From Fidelibacterota bacterium (GTDB lineage: Bacteria > Fidelibacterota > Marinisomatia > Marinisomatales > JABMOV01), in the NCBI GenBank assembly GCA_046861395.1, contig JBHHUC010000002.1, forward strand, positions 1 through 64,000: DNA of 64,000 bases, in the 5' to 3' direction. The notes under the pieces were generated by a model. It was not told the origin of the DNA. It saw only the letters and a list, made by a program, of their open reading frames with translations, and made no database searches. Of the stretch, positions 1-9,735 are shown piece after piece. A program made the translations under genes and the position numbers. Position 1 is the first letter of the stretch. Each line of letters starts with the position of its first letter.

Positions 1-1
1 T

Positions 2-115
2 GAACAATATTTACTGGATATTGAGCGTGAGGCCTTCGTTTCCCTGGCCGGAGAACCCCTGACCCACGACCGGATTCGCTATATGTTGAAACGGGGCAAA
101 CCACTGCGGAATTAA
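2..115 (+). CDS. 3' end (partial) of 3-hydroxyacyl-CoA dehydrogenase/enoyl-CoA hydratase (FadN-like)
   Basis: Frame 2 reads [37 protein letters not shown], the characteristic FadN-family C-terminus (LLDLEREAF...GKPLRN). Confidence 0.8.
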   Translation, partial: EQYLLDIEREAFVSLAGEPLTHDRIRYMLKRGKPLRN

Positions 116-128
116 AATTCCATATTTC

Positions 129-170
129 CTAATCATATTCTAATGTTTCTGTTGTAACATTCGCTTAAAC
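129..170 (+). promoter_or_regulatory. Putative Pho box array upstream of phoB
   Basis: CTAAT at 129 and 140 (11 bp apart); GTAAC at 154 and TTAAA at 165 (11 bp apart). Confidence 0.55.
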
Positions 171-181
171 AGAAATAGGAT

Positions 182-868
182 ATGAAACAAATCCTGATCA
201 TAGAAGATGAATCGGATATTCTGGAGTTGATCCAGTTTAATCTCGAAAATGCCGGTTACCGCTGCCATGGATCATTGCACGGAGACCGGGGATTGACCTG
301 GGCCCGAAACCACCGGCCGGACCTCATCATTCTCGATATCATGCTGCCGGGAATTAACGGCCTGGATATCTGCCGCCTGCTCAAAGGTGATCACAATACA
401 GACGGAATTCCCATTCTTATGGTAACGGCCCGGGGCGAAGAAGCGGATATCATCCGGGGACTGGAAATCGGCGCCGATGATTATATGACCAAGCCTTTCA
501 GTCCGCGGGTTCTGGTGGCCCGAGTCGAAGCTTTGCTGCGGCGCAGCCGGAGATATGAAGACAGTCCCGATGTACTGGTCATCGAAGGGATTACCATTGA
601 CAAATCAAAGCATATCGTGTCGATCGACGGGCAACGAATTGATCTGACAAAATCGGAGTTTCGCATTCTGTCCCTGCTGGCATCTCATCCGGGATGGGTC
701 TATACCCGCAACCAGATCATTGAATACGTCCACGGGGACCATTATCCCGTTACGGATCGTTCCGTGGACTTTCAGATTGTGGGACTGCGAAAGAAAATTA
801 AGGATAAGGGAGAATTCATTCAGACGGTCCGGGGTGTTGGATATAAATTCAAACATGAAAAGTTCTAA
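182..868 (+). CDS. phoB: OmpR-family response regulator PhoB/PhoP
   Basis: Receiver domain (IIEDE, LDIMLPG, ADDYMTKPF) plus winged helix (DRSVD, IQTVRGVGY); next to phoR and pst genes. Confidence 0.9.
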   Translation: MKQILIIEDESDILELIQFNLENAGYRCHGSLHGDRGLTWARNHRPDLIILDIMLPGINGLDICRLLKGDHNTDGIPILMVTARGEEADIIRGLEIGADDYMTKPFSPRVLVARVEALLRRSRRYEDSPDVLVIEGITIDKSKHIVSIDGQRIDLTKSEFRILSLLASHPGWVYTRNQIIEYVHGDHYPVTDRSVDFQIVGLRKKIKDKGEFIQTVRGVGYKFKHEKF

Positions 869-2624
869 GCCCCTTCTTTTTCAACTCTTCCCCCTGTTTC
901 TCCTGATTTCCCTGGTAGCCATCATTGCCCTGGGTATGATCAGCACCAATACGATTCGTAATTATATTCAGCAATCCACAACCCAGGATTTACTAACCAA
1001 CGCAAAAATTATACGGCATATCATATCAAATAACCGGTATGACGACCCCGGGGAATTGCAATATGAGGTCTCGGAACTAAAAATAGACACCCAACTTCGC
1101 ATTACCATCATTCGTCCTGACGGCAAGGTAATCGCCGACACGGATGAAGACCCGAATGTGATGGATAATCATCGTGACCGGCCTGAAATCCTCGTAGCTC
1201 TGCGCGGAGATACCGGTACCAATACCCGCTTCAGTCATACCCTGCAAACGCCCATGCTGTATGTGGCGATTCCCCTCACCATCGATGGAGAGATACGAGT
1301 CATAGTCCGCACCGCCATGGCGTTGGACCGCATGCAGAATACCATCCAGGCTCTGCAGCACCGGGTTTGGATCAGCGGATTTATTGTCATTTTCCTCACG
1401 GCACTGGTGAGTTATACCTTGTCCCGGCGAATCACTGCGCCGCTAAAACGGATGCAGGAAGGGGCTGCCCGCTACGCCAGAGGAAATTTTCAAAAAAAGA
1501 TCCCCATGCACAATACGGAGGAAATCGGCGGTCTGGCCAAATCCCTGAATCGTATGGCAGAGCAACTCCACGAACGCTTTGAAACTATCCTGCATCAACG
1601 CAATGAACTTGAGGCCATGTTGTCCTGCATGATTGAAGGTGTTCTTGCCATCGACCAGAATGATCATATTCTACGAATTAACGCCACGGCGCTGACCCTG
1701 CTTGATATTCCGGATAACTCCTGGTATCAGCATTCCATCCATGAAATCATCCGTCACCCGAATTTGTTAGCCTTTATCCGGGATGTTCTGAACAGTGAGA
1801 AGGCTTTGGAGACGGATATCATTGTCCGGCGGGAGCAGAATATTTATTTACAGGTCACCGGTACGCCCCTGATTGGAACTAACCGGAGCAAATTCGGGGC
1901 ATTGTTCGTACTGAATGACATTAGCCGCATCCGACGCCTGGAACAAATACGCAGTGATTTTGTCGCCAACGTATCCCATGAATTGAAAACGCCTATCACC
2001 GCCATTCAGGGTTTTATCGAAACCCTGAAGGATGGTGCCATCCGGGATCAGGATAAGGTTGAGCATTTCATTGATATCATAGATCGTCAGTCCAGCCGGT
2101 TGAATGCAATTATCGAAGATTTACTTGAACTATCCCGTATTGAACGGGAAAGTGAAGGCGGCGATATTGAAACACATCCATCCGCTCTGGCTCCCCTCTT
2201 CGAATCGGCCATCCGGGATTTCGAATCCCAGGCCCGGCAAAAAGATATTACCTTCCAAATGGAATGCGAACCCGGGATGAAAGTCGATATCAATGTTCAG
2301 TTAATGCAGACCGCCATTAATAATCTGGTGAATAATGCAGTCAAATACAGTCCCGAACATTCAACGATTTTTCTTTCCAGCTTCCGTGATGATCACCAAG
2401 TCAAAATTCAAATCCAGGATGAAGGACAGGGCATACCACGACAACATTTACCCCGTCTTTTCGAACGGTTTTATCGGGTCGACAAGGCCCGCAGCCGGGC
2501 CCTGGGTGGTACGGGACTGGGACTGGCAATCGTCAAACATATCGTACTGGCTCATCATGGCACCGTTTCTGTCGATAGTCGACTGGGTCGGGGCAGTACC
2601 TTCACCATTTCCCTCCCGCGCTAA
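855..2624 (+). CDS. phoR: Phosphate regulon sensor histidine kinase (TM-HAMP-PAS-HisKA-HATPase)
   Basis: DFVANVSHELKTP H-box, NLVNNAVKY, FERFYRVDKARSR, GGTGLGLAIVKH; start set at ATG 855 (MKSSKPLL), overlapping the phoB end. Confidence 0.9.
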   Translation: MKSSKPLLFQLFPLFLLISLVAIIALGMISTNTIRNYIQQSTTQDLLTNAKIIRHIISNNRYDDPGELQYEVSELKIDTQLRITIIRPDGKVIADTDEDPNVMDNHRDRPEILVALRGDTGTNTRFSHTLQTPMLYVAIPLTIDGEIRVIVRTAMALDRMQNTIQALQHRVWISGFIVIFLTALVSYTLSRRITAPLKRMQEGAARYARGNFQKKIPMHNTEEIGGLAKSLNRMAEQLHERFETILHQRNELEAMLSCMIEGVLAIDQNDHILRINATALTLLDIPDNSWYQHSIHEIIRHPNLLAFIRDVLNSEKALETDIIVRREQNIYLQVTGTPLIGTNRSKFGALFVLNDISRIRRLEQIRSDFVANVSHELKTPITAIQGFIETLKDGAIRDQDKVEHFIDIIDRQSSRLNAIIEDLLELSRIERESEGGDIETHPSALAPLFESAIRDFESQARQKDITFQMECEPGMKVDINVQLMQTAINNLVNNAVKYSPEHSTIFLSSFRDDHQVKIQIQDEGQGIPRQHLPRLFERFYRVDKARSRALGGTGLGLAIVKHIVLAHHGTVSVDSRLGRGSTFTISLPR

Positions 2625-2702
2625 CTTCCGCCCCATACTAAGTCTTCTCCTGTCCGGTAAATCACCGGTCCCGGCCAATTGTGTTAGAATACTCGCCCTG
2701 TT

Positions 2703-2754
2703 CTAACCGAATACAAACTTTCTTCTCATCCCATCCTAATACCCCACCTCTAAT
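2703..2754 (+). promoter_or_regulatory. Putative Pho box array upstream of the TonB-dependent receptor
   Basis: CTAAC 2703, CAAAC 2714, CTCAT 2725, CTAAT 2736 (11-bp period), plus CTAAT 2750. Confidence 0.6.
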
Positions 2755-2799
2755 CTTTCCGCGAATGCAGTCAGTAATTCACACATTTAAGGAAAAATA

Positions 2800-5700
2800 A
2801 TGTCAATTCCATCCATCAGAATACTCGCATTGGCTATCGCCGGTATCGTATCCCTGATCGCTGCGCAAGACCACGGTACCCTTTCCGGTCGGATTACCGA
2901 TCAGGACAGTCAACACCCCCTGATTGGCGCCAATGTATTTATCACAGGGACATCCCTTGGTGCCGCGACCGATTATGACGGATATTATTCCATCAGCGGA
3001 ATTCCGGCCGGGACCTATTCCATGAAGGTCACTTACATGGGGTATGAAAAGGCCGGTCGAACATTGGTCATGACGGCCGGAGAACAGAAACATATCAATG
3101 TTCAGTTGGCGCCGGCCATCATTCAAAGCAGCGAAGTCACGGTAGCGGCCGATACGAAACGTGACAACGAACTTTCCGCATTTGCTCGCCGGCAGGAGTC
3201 CGTTGAAATTCAGAACAATATTTCCGCCACCCAGATGGCCAGGGCCGGCGACAGTAATGTGGCTGCCGCCCTCCGTCGGGTAACCGGAGTCACTGTCATG
3301 GATGATCGCTATCTCGTGGTGCGGGGTTTGGGCAACCGATACAGCTCCGCCCAGTTGAACGCCGTGAGCATGCCAAGTCCCGAACCCGAAAAACGTGCCG
3401 TACCGCTGGACATATTTAGTACTGCCATCATTGAAGCCATTGATGTCACCAAAAGTTATCGTCCCGACCTGCCCGGTACATTCGGCGGCGGAAACGTCAA
3501 CATCAAGACAAAGGTATATCCCGATCGCACAATCTACCGTGTGAAAATCGGCGCCAGCGTAAACAGCAACATTGTCCCGGGAAGTGTATTCATCAGAAAT
3601 ATGGGGGGCTCCATGGATAAACTTGGATTTGATAAGGGCGTCCGCGATCTGCCCTCCGGATTCGGGGATAAGGAAGTCAATCTGGCCTGTTGTCCTCCCG
3701 ATTTCGCGGAAAACCTTTTGGACGATTATACCTGGACTTTTGATACAACTACCACCGTATTTGGGATCCGGATTGATAGTATGCAGGTCCCTAACCCCGA
3801 CAGTCTGGCTTATCGTGAATATTTATGGAAAACACTGAATTATCCTACCAACCGTCGTTTTGCCCGGGTCTTTTCACAGAAGAATAGCCAGTCCGGCCTA
3901 CCGGCCTCCGTGGGCCTGACTTACGGAACCAAATATGAACTGACATCCGACCTGGAAGCCGGTTATATGATCGATGGTAATTTTTCCAGCCGCTATACCC
4001 ATCACCACGAAAACCAGGTGCGCTACGCCGCCAAGATGCAGGGCATTAACGACTCATCCCGAATATTAATTCCCGACGACATTCAACTGGACCGGAATCA
4101 ATATCAATATTCTACGAATCTAGGCATCAGTGCCAGCACCGGTATTTCATTCCGGGATGCTTTGAAAATCAGTTTTCGTTCCATCTTCACTCATACATCT
4201 AAGGATGTGTACAATATGTTTCTGGGCCGTTCCGGTGAAATTGATGAATCTGGATTGTTTATCAATCAGCTCTACCATGAAAAATCCATCAATCTGAACA
4301 CCCTAACCTATAACCAGCAGTTAACCGGAAAAAAATTCACACATGATATTGAAGCCAACTACACCTTTGGCAAATCCATACTTTATGAACCGTACGCCAT
4401 AAAGCATCAGTATCAGAAAGATGAAAGCGTTGGTTTGTACAAGGTCTATGCGCGCAACGCCGTGGACCCGGCTGAATTATACAGCAGCATGGGGTATGAA
4501 GACAGCCGAACCGTGGCCTATGATCATACCATCACGTCACAGAGGGGAAAAATAAAACTGGGGTTGAAGCACGATCGGAAACAGCGAACTTTCAGCCGGC
4601 GCCTCCTTGTTATCGATTATTCCAGTGATTTAATCCGCAATGATTCTGCCCTGAATTATATCCGGGATGAATTCCATGCCGGCACTCAGTTCAACCAACT
4701 GGCCGGTGTGGACCGGGACGGGATTCATGAGGGATACCTGTTTTCCGAAAGGACCGCCACGGGAAAAGGAACAAAGAACACCGATGCCTACCGGGCCAGC
4801 GAAACCATAGCCGCCGGTTATCTGATGTTCAGCAAGGATGATCTCTTCCGGGATAAAGTACAGATACGTTTCGGGGTGAGAAATGAAATTTACAGTCTGA
4901 CCATGTCTCCCCATCATCCCGTCACCGGTTACCGTCCGTTTTACACTACCCGTCACGAAGATCAGTCGATGGATACTACCTATATCGAATTTGCCAAATG
5001 TGAAAACGATTTTCTGCCGGCTTTCATTGTGAATTATAACGTGACGGACAAACTGAAATTGCGTCAGTCCTACTCCCGAACGGTTGCCAGGGCACAATTC
5101 CGGGAATATGCACCTTATGAATATCAGCCTTTCTTTCTGGCCAATGTTGCCATTGGTTTTCCCTTCCTGAAGAATACCAAGATTCAGAATATGGATATTC
5201 GCCTGGATTATACACCACAGGGAATGGATATCATTTCGCTGGGATTATACCAGAAACATTTTCGGCATCCCATTGAAGAATCAATCGTAGCCGGATTCGG
5301 ACGTTCCTATTACCAGACCTGGCAGAATGCCAAATCCGCCCGATTGTCGGGACTGGAATTTGAATACCGCAAACATCTGAATGTCATCCCGGCCCGATAT
5401 GGCTTTATCACCATTAATTCCAATCTCACCCTGAGCCGGTCGGAAGTAAACGCACCTGATTCATCTGCCCTTTATATCGTGGCGGAAGGAAATTCGGCAC
5501 CGGATATCGTCAAAATTTATAATCGCGTCACCGATAAGAGCCGTCCGTTGCAGGGACAATCCAATCTGGTTTTTAATCTCTCGCTGAATTTCATTACCCG
5601 GTCAGGCCTGGATCTTAATCTGGTTTACAATACGTTCAGTCGTCGTCTGTTGGCCCTGTCGGGTGATGTCGCCGGGAGTTACTGGGAATTACCGTTCCAA

Positions 5701-5874
5701 TCCATGAATATTGTCCTGCACAAGAAGCTGGGCCCGGTGCGCCTTTCGCTAAAAATAAAAAATCTTCTCAATGACAGTGTTGTCATTGCTCACAACTATC
5801 AGGGAAAGATCTATCCTACCAGGACCTACAACCCCGGGAGAGATTTTTCCGTCGGAATTTCATTTTATCGATAA
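2800..5874 (+). CDS. TonB-dependent receptor with N-terminal carboxypeptidase-regulatory-like domain
   Basis: Signal peptide; PLIGANV..GAATDYDGYY N-domain; plug (AALRRVTGV, VRGLGNRY, VPLDIF, GGNVNIKTK); barrel ending IKNLLN...PGRDFSVGISFYR. Confidence 0.9.
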   Translation: MSIPSIRILALAIAGIVSLIAAQDHGTLSGRITDQDSQHPLIGANVFITGTSLGAATDYDGYYSISGIPAGTYSMKVTYMGYEKAGRTLVMTAGEQKHINVQLAPAIIQSSEVTVAADTKRDNELSAFARRQESVEIQNNISATQMARAGDSNVAAALRRVTGVTVMDDRYLVVRGLGNRYSSAQLNAVSMPSPEPEKRAVPLDIFSTAIIEAIDVTKSYRPDLPGTFGGGNVNIKTKVYPDRTIYRVKIGASVNSNIVPGSVFIRNMGGSMDKLGFDKGVRDLPSGFGDKEVNLACCPPDFAENLLDDYTWTFDTTTTVFGIRIDSMQVPNPDSLAYREYLWKTLNYPTNRRFARVFSQKNSQSGLPASVGLTYGTKYELTSDLEAGYMIDGNFSSRYTHHHENQVRYAAKMQGINDSSRILIPDDIQLDRNQYQYSTNLGISASTGISFRDALKISFRSIFTHTSKDVYNMFLGRSGEIDESGLFINQLYHEKSINLNTLTYNQQLTGKKFTHDIEANYTFGKSILYEPYAIKHQYQKDESVGLYKVYARNAVDPAELYSSMGYEDSRTVAYDHTITSQRGKIKLGLKHDRKQRTFSRRLLVIDYSSDLIRNDSALNYIRDEFHAGTQFNQLAGVDRDGIHEGYLFSERTATGKGTKNTDAYRASETIAAGYLMFSKDDLFRDKVQIRFGVRNEIYSLTMSPHHPVTGYRPFYTTRHEDQSMDTTYIEFAKCENDFLPAFIVNYNVTDKLKLRQSYSRTVARAQFREYAPYEYQPFFLANVAIGFPFLKNTKIQNMDIRLDYTPQGMDIISLGLYQKHFRHPIEESIVAGFGRSYYQTWQNAKSARLSGLEFEYRKHLNVIPARYGFITINSNLTLSRSEVNAPDSSALYIVAEGNSAPDIVKIYNRVTDKSRPLQGQSNLVFNLSLNFITRSGLDLNLVYNTFSRRLLALSGDVAGSYWELPFQSMNIVLHKKLGPVRLSLKIKNLLNDSVVIAHNYQGKIYPTRTYNPGRDFSVGISFYR

Positions 5875-5895
5875 TTACAACCGAAAGGAAAAACA

Positions 5896-7491
5896 ATGAA
5901 AAATACATTACTAACCGTCATGATGATGTTTGTCACTGTCGGCTTTGCTCAAATTGATGTGAGCGGCGATATTACATCGGACGTCACCTGGACGGCAACC
6001 AATACCTATCGATTAACCGGTCAGGTTTTTGTCAAAGACGGCGTTACGCTGACGATTGAAGCCGGGACCAACATCTACGGTAAATACGGGATTTACGATG
6101 CCAATAATACGGCACCGGCCCTGGTCATTGAACGGGGTGCAAAAATCATGGCCGAAGGAACCATCGATGCTCCCATCACATTTCGCTCCGAACTCCTGGA
6201 AACCGATCCCAACTATGGCAACGGCCGCGGCCTCTGGGGTGGTTTGATCCTGAATGGTAAGGCTCCCATCAGTACCACGGGCGGAGAAAATTTCGTAGAA
6301 GGAATCGCCGGAGTGCTTTACGGCGGGACCGATCCCGATGACAATTCCGGTGTCCTCCGTTATGTCCGGGTATACAACGGTGGCTCCGTAATTGGTGCTG
6401 ATAATGAAATCAATGGCATTACTCTGGCCGGAGTTGGGCGCGGTACTACCGTGGAATACTGTGAAGTGGGTCTGAACGCCGATGATGGGTTCGAAATGTT
6501 CGGCGGCACGGTTGATTTGAAATATTGTTCCGTCGTACAGGTGAAAGATGATGCTTTTGACACCGATGAAGGCTACCAGGGACGTGGTCAATTCTTATTT
6601 GTCCAAAAGGCCGCCGATAGTGATCGGGCCCATGAAATGGACAATAAGACCAACGGTGACCTGGATTCCCAACCTCGCTCTCATCCCCGTTTTGCCAATG
6701 TTACGATCATCGGTGGAGACGCCAGCAGTGACATTTTAAAGCTGCGGGAAGGGACCGGGGGCGACTTCCGGAACTATATCATTGTTGGGGGCGCCGGTGA
6801 CGGCATTGAAAATGATGATAACGGTTCCGAAGTGGTTACGCAGAACTGGACGACTGCCCAGGCTGCCGGATATCCCGATTACCTCTATCTGTCACCTCAC
6901 ATTCTCATGTGGAACGTGGCGGATCCGTTTCAGGATAATACGGTGGAATCTTTTGTTTTCGATTCTCTTGATCCCGGTCTTTCCTATACCATGGGCAGTG
7001 ATGGTTTTGTCGTCAGTGTCGATCCGCGACCGACTGCCGGTGGTCCCGCCTACAGCGATGTGGATTCCGTGATTGCCGATGATTTTTTTGTACAGACCAA
7101 CTACCGCGGTGCCTTTGCCAGCAACCATAACTGGCTGGCCGGCTGGTCCTGGCTGGACGAGAACAATGTATTGCTGGATGTTGATGACCCTTCTCAATCC
7201 GCTTCTGTTCCGGGTGACTTTCGGATTGTTTCCAGTTACCCCAATCCGTTCAATCCCTCGACCCGCATTCAGGTCAATTTAGGCAGCGCACATGAACTGA
7301 CTTTCTCCGTCTATGCCCTGAACGGAGCCCTGGTTTATACCGAACAGTTTCATCACCTGAACGGTTCTCGGCATGAATTCCGGTGGTCGGGAATTGATCA
7401 AAACGGATCAGCCCTGCCGTCGGGGATTTACCTGTATCAGGTCAAAACTCCGAATCAGATTGCCGACGGAAAGCTGACCCTTCTGAAATAA
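5896..7491 (+). CDS. Secreted Asp/Gly-rich, probably beta-helical protein with T9SS type A-like C-terminal domain
   Basis: Signal peptide; YGGTDPDDNSGVLRYVRV, DDGFEMFGGTV, DDAFDTDEGY motifs; C-terminal YPNPFNPST...LPSGIYLY...KLTLLK. Confidence 0.8.
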   Translation: MKNTLLTVMMMFVTVGFAQIDVSGDITSDVTWTATNTYRLTGQVFVKDGVTLTIEAGTNIYGKYGIYDANNTAPALVIERGAKIMAEGTIDAPITFRSELLETDPNYGNGRGLWGGLILNGKAPISTTGGENFVEGIAGVLYGGTDPDDNSGVLRYVRVYNGGSVIGADNEINGITLAGVGRGTTVEYCEVGLNADDGFEMFGGTVDLKYCSVVQVKDDAFDTDEGYQGRGQFLFVQKAADSDRAHEMDNKTNGDLDSQPRSHPRFANVTIIGGDASSDILKLREGTGGDFRNYIIVGGAGDGIENDDNGSEVVTQNWTTAQAAGYPDYLYLSPHILMWNVADPFQDNTVESFVFDSLDPGLSYTMGSDGFVVSVDPRPTAGGPAYSDVDSVIADDFFVQTNYRGAFASNHNWLAGWSWLDENNVLLDVDDPSQSASVPGDFRIVSSYPNPFNPSTRIQVNLGSAHELTFSVYALNGALVYTEQFHHLNGSRHEFRWSGIDQNGSALPSGIYLYQVKTPNQIADGKLTLLK

Positions 7492-7526
7492 TAATACCTC
7501 ACCTGGTGAATACTCACCAAACACGG

Positions 7527-7550
7527 AAGGGCCGGCCTTGCCGGCCTTTT
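7527..7550 (+). terminator. Rho-independent terminator
   Basis: GGCCGGC-ctt-GCCGGCC stem-loop followed by TTTT, just after the 7491 stop. Confidence 0.75.
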
Positions 7551-7661
7551 CGTTTCCCTGGTCGCTTACACTGAAAAATGTCTACCTGATTCCACCTTTT
7601 TTCCACTTCTCACTGTAACGTTTCTCCCTGATCTCTATCATAAACACCAATGGAAAGGGAA

Positions 7662-7700
7662 ATAATCGATTACTAACATTATCCTAACAATACACTAATA
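7662..7700 (+). promoter_or_regulatory. Putative Pho box array upstream of porin-like gene
   Basis: ATAAT 7662, CTAACA 7673, CTAACA 7684, CTAATA 7695 (exact 11-bp period). Confidence 0.7.
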
Positions 7701-7763
7701 GTTTCCCGTCCCGGATTTTTCCGATTCCCAAAACAATCATACATCATTAACGCGGAGAACCAA

Positions 7764-8702
7764 ATGAGCCAGGTGAGGACCTTCATCATTTTCCTATTGT
7801 TACTGAGCGGCATTTATGCCCAAACCAATAAATTCAGTGGTCTGACATTTTTCGAATACCGCAATGACGGTTCCAATTCGGCCTTTGATCTGAACCGGGC
7901 CTATTTTACTTATCAGAAAAAACTTTCGGATCAACTCAGTTATAAGTTTCAAATTGATGCCGGCCGGGAGAAAATCCCCACCGCCGTTGACAGGGTAACC
8001 CTTCAGGTAAACCGTACATCTCCGACCAGACTGTACACCTATATCAAGAATGCCAAACTCAGCTGGAAGACCCACGTGGGTACCATCACGATCGGTATGC
8101 AGGGAATGAACATGTTCGGGGTTCAGGAAAAAAACTGGGGCTACCGGTTTATTGAAAAATCAGCCATGGATAAATATAAATTTTCCAGTTCGGCCGATCT
8201 AGGACTGGGGTATGCCAGGACCTTCGGTCCCGTGTCTACCCGCTTACTCATCACCAATGGCGCGGGATATAAAAAAGCAGAATCCGATTCGTATAAAAAG
8301 GTGTCGTTGAGTTTCATCACAGGCCGCAAACTGAAGGTTGCCAAGGATTACAATACCGGTCTCGTGTTTTCCTACGAACCCAGCACTACCGATCCCACTG
8401 TCATATATGGTGTTTTTGCTGCCACGCAGCTGAAAAACCTGCGGCTGGGCGGGGAATACGATATGAAGCAAAATGGCACCACGACCCTGCCCCTGATTTC
8501 ATTCTACACTACTGCCATGGTCGGCAGAAAATTTGAATTTCTGGGACGGATTGATAACCTGAATAATGAAATATCCGTCATTGCCGGGTTTAATATCAAA
8601 CCTGAAGCCGGTCTTTCCATTGCGCCGGTGCTGCGCTACACTACAACGGACGGCAGCGAAGCCACATCAATCTATACGGTAAATTTTCAATTTAAGATAT
8701 GA
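7764..8702 (+). CDS. Outer-membrane beta-barrel, putative phosphate porin
   Basis: Signal peptide, alternating aromatic strands, C-terminal VNFQFKI, Lys-rich; lies immediately upstream of pstS. Confidence 0.6.
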   Translation: MSQVRTFIIFLLLLSGIYAQTNKFSGLTFFEYRNDGSNSAFDLNRAYFTYQKKLSDQLSYKFQIDAGREKIPTAVDRVTLQVNRTSPTRLYTYIKNAKLSWKTHVGTITIGMQGMNMFGVQEKNWGYRFIEKSAMDKYKFSSSADLGLGYARTFGPVSTRLLITNGAGYKKAESDSYKKVSLSFITGRKLKVAKDYNTGLVFSYEPSTTDPTVIYGVFAATQLKNLRLGGEYDMKQNGTTTLPLISFYTTAMVGRKFEFLGRIDNLNNEISVIAGFNIKPEAGLSIAPVLRYTTTDGSEATSIYTVNFQFKI

Positions 8703-8755
8703 TCACCATACCGTACCCTGTTGTTCGACCCGGAATTATCGCTCCCGAAGAGTGA

Positions 8756-8797
8756 TTAATATTCGAGTTCTAACACTAAACTAACATTCATCTCATA
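8756..8797 (+). promoter_or_regulatory. Putative Pho box array upstream of pstS
   Basis: CTAACA 8770, CTAACA 8781, CTCATA 8792 (11-bp period); TTAAT at 8756. Confidence 0.7.
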
Positions 8798-8873
8798 GCT
8801 TCCCGGGGAAGAAATACAGGTTATTTCTTCCTTTTTCACAAGAAGATTGACGTTATTAATAAAAGGGAATGAT

Positions 8874-9728
8874 ATGAAACAATTATTCAGCCTCCTGGGG
8901 TTATCTGCCTTGCTGATCGTTGGCTGCGGCGGCCGCAATGCCAAATCCGGTGATTACATTACCATCAAGGGATCGGATACCATGGTTCACCTGGCCAGTA
9001 ACTGGGCCGAAGCCTATATGAAGACGCATAAGGATGTAAATATTTCCGTTACGGGCGGTGGCTCCGGCACCGGTATTGCCGCCTTGCTGAATGGATCAAC
9101 CGATATTTGTATCGCTTCCAGAAAAATCAAGGCCAAGGAATTACAACAAGCGGAGAAACTGGGGATTGATGTTCGGGAAATTGTTGTGGCCAGAGATGGA
9201 ATTGCCGTGGTGGTGAATCCTGAAAATTCGGTGTCTGAACTGAGTATCGAGCAGTTGGGGAAAATCTATACCGGTGCGATTGAAAACTGGAACCAGGTCG
9301 GCGGTCCCGATCAACCTATCGTCCTGCTCTCACGGGAATCCAGCTCCGGAACCTTTGTTTATTTCCAGAAACGGGTCATGAAGAAAAAGGATTATTCACA
9401 AAATGCCTTGTTGATGCCATCCACTTCTGCCATCGTACAATCCGTCGCCCAGGATAAATGGGCCATCGGATACATCGGATTGGGATATGCCGTGGAATCG
9501 GCCGACCGGGTAAAGGTGTTACGCATCATCGATCAACCGGGAAGTCCGGCCGTCGCCGCTTCTGTGGCAACCGTGAAAGACGGTTCCTATCCCATTGCAC
9601 GGCCCTTGCACTTTTATACCAACGGGACGTCCACCGGTCTGGTGAAGGCCGTGGTGGATTTCTGTCTTTCACCGGAAGGACAAAAAATCGTTTTGAAAAC
9701 CGGTTACGTTCCGGTAACGGCTGACTGA
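8874..9728 (+). CDS. pstS: Phosphate ABC transporter substrate-binding lipoprotein
   Basis: Lipobox LIVGC; IKGSDTM, GGGSGTG, SRESSSGT, YPIARPL; start set at ATG 8874. Confidence 0.93.
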   Translation: MKQLFSLLGLSALLIVGCGGRNAKSGDYITIKGSDTMVHLASNWAEAYMKTHKDVNISVTGGGSGTGIAALLNGSTDICIASRKIKAKELQQAEKLGIDVREIVVARDGIAVVVNPENSVSELSIEQLGKIYTGAIENWNQVGGPDQPIVLLSRESSSGTFVYFQKRVMKKKDYSQNALLMPSTSAIVQSVAQDKWAIGYIGLGYAVESADRVKVLRIIDQPGSPAVAASVATVKDGSYPIARPLHFYTNGTSTGLVKAVVDFCLSPEGQKIVLKTGYVPVTAD

Positions 9729-9735
9729 CCGTTTT

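Noticed and set aside
720..854. N-terminal extensions in the ORF track (phoR from 720; likewise msrA 28469, CYTH 23284, AraC 38773, leader 46007, HEAT protein 50926)
   Set aside because: They mostly overlap neighbouring genes or promoter DNA; downstream ATGs fit SD position and family N-termini better.
7662..8797. CRISPR array or coding microsatellite explanation for the short repeats
   Set aside because: The units are 5-6 bp at 11-bp period in promoter regions; no 25-45 bp repeat-spacer structure or cas genes occur in the window.
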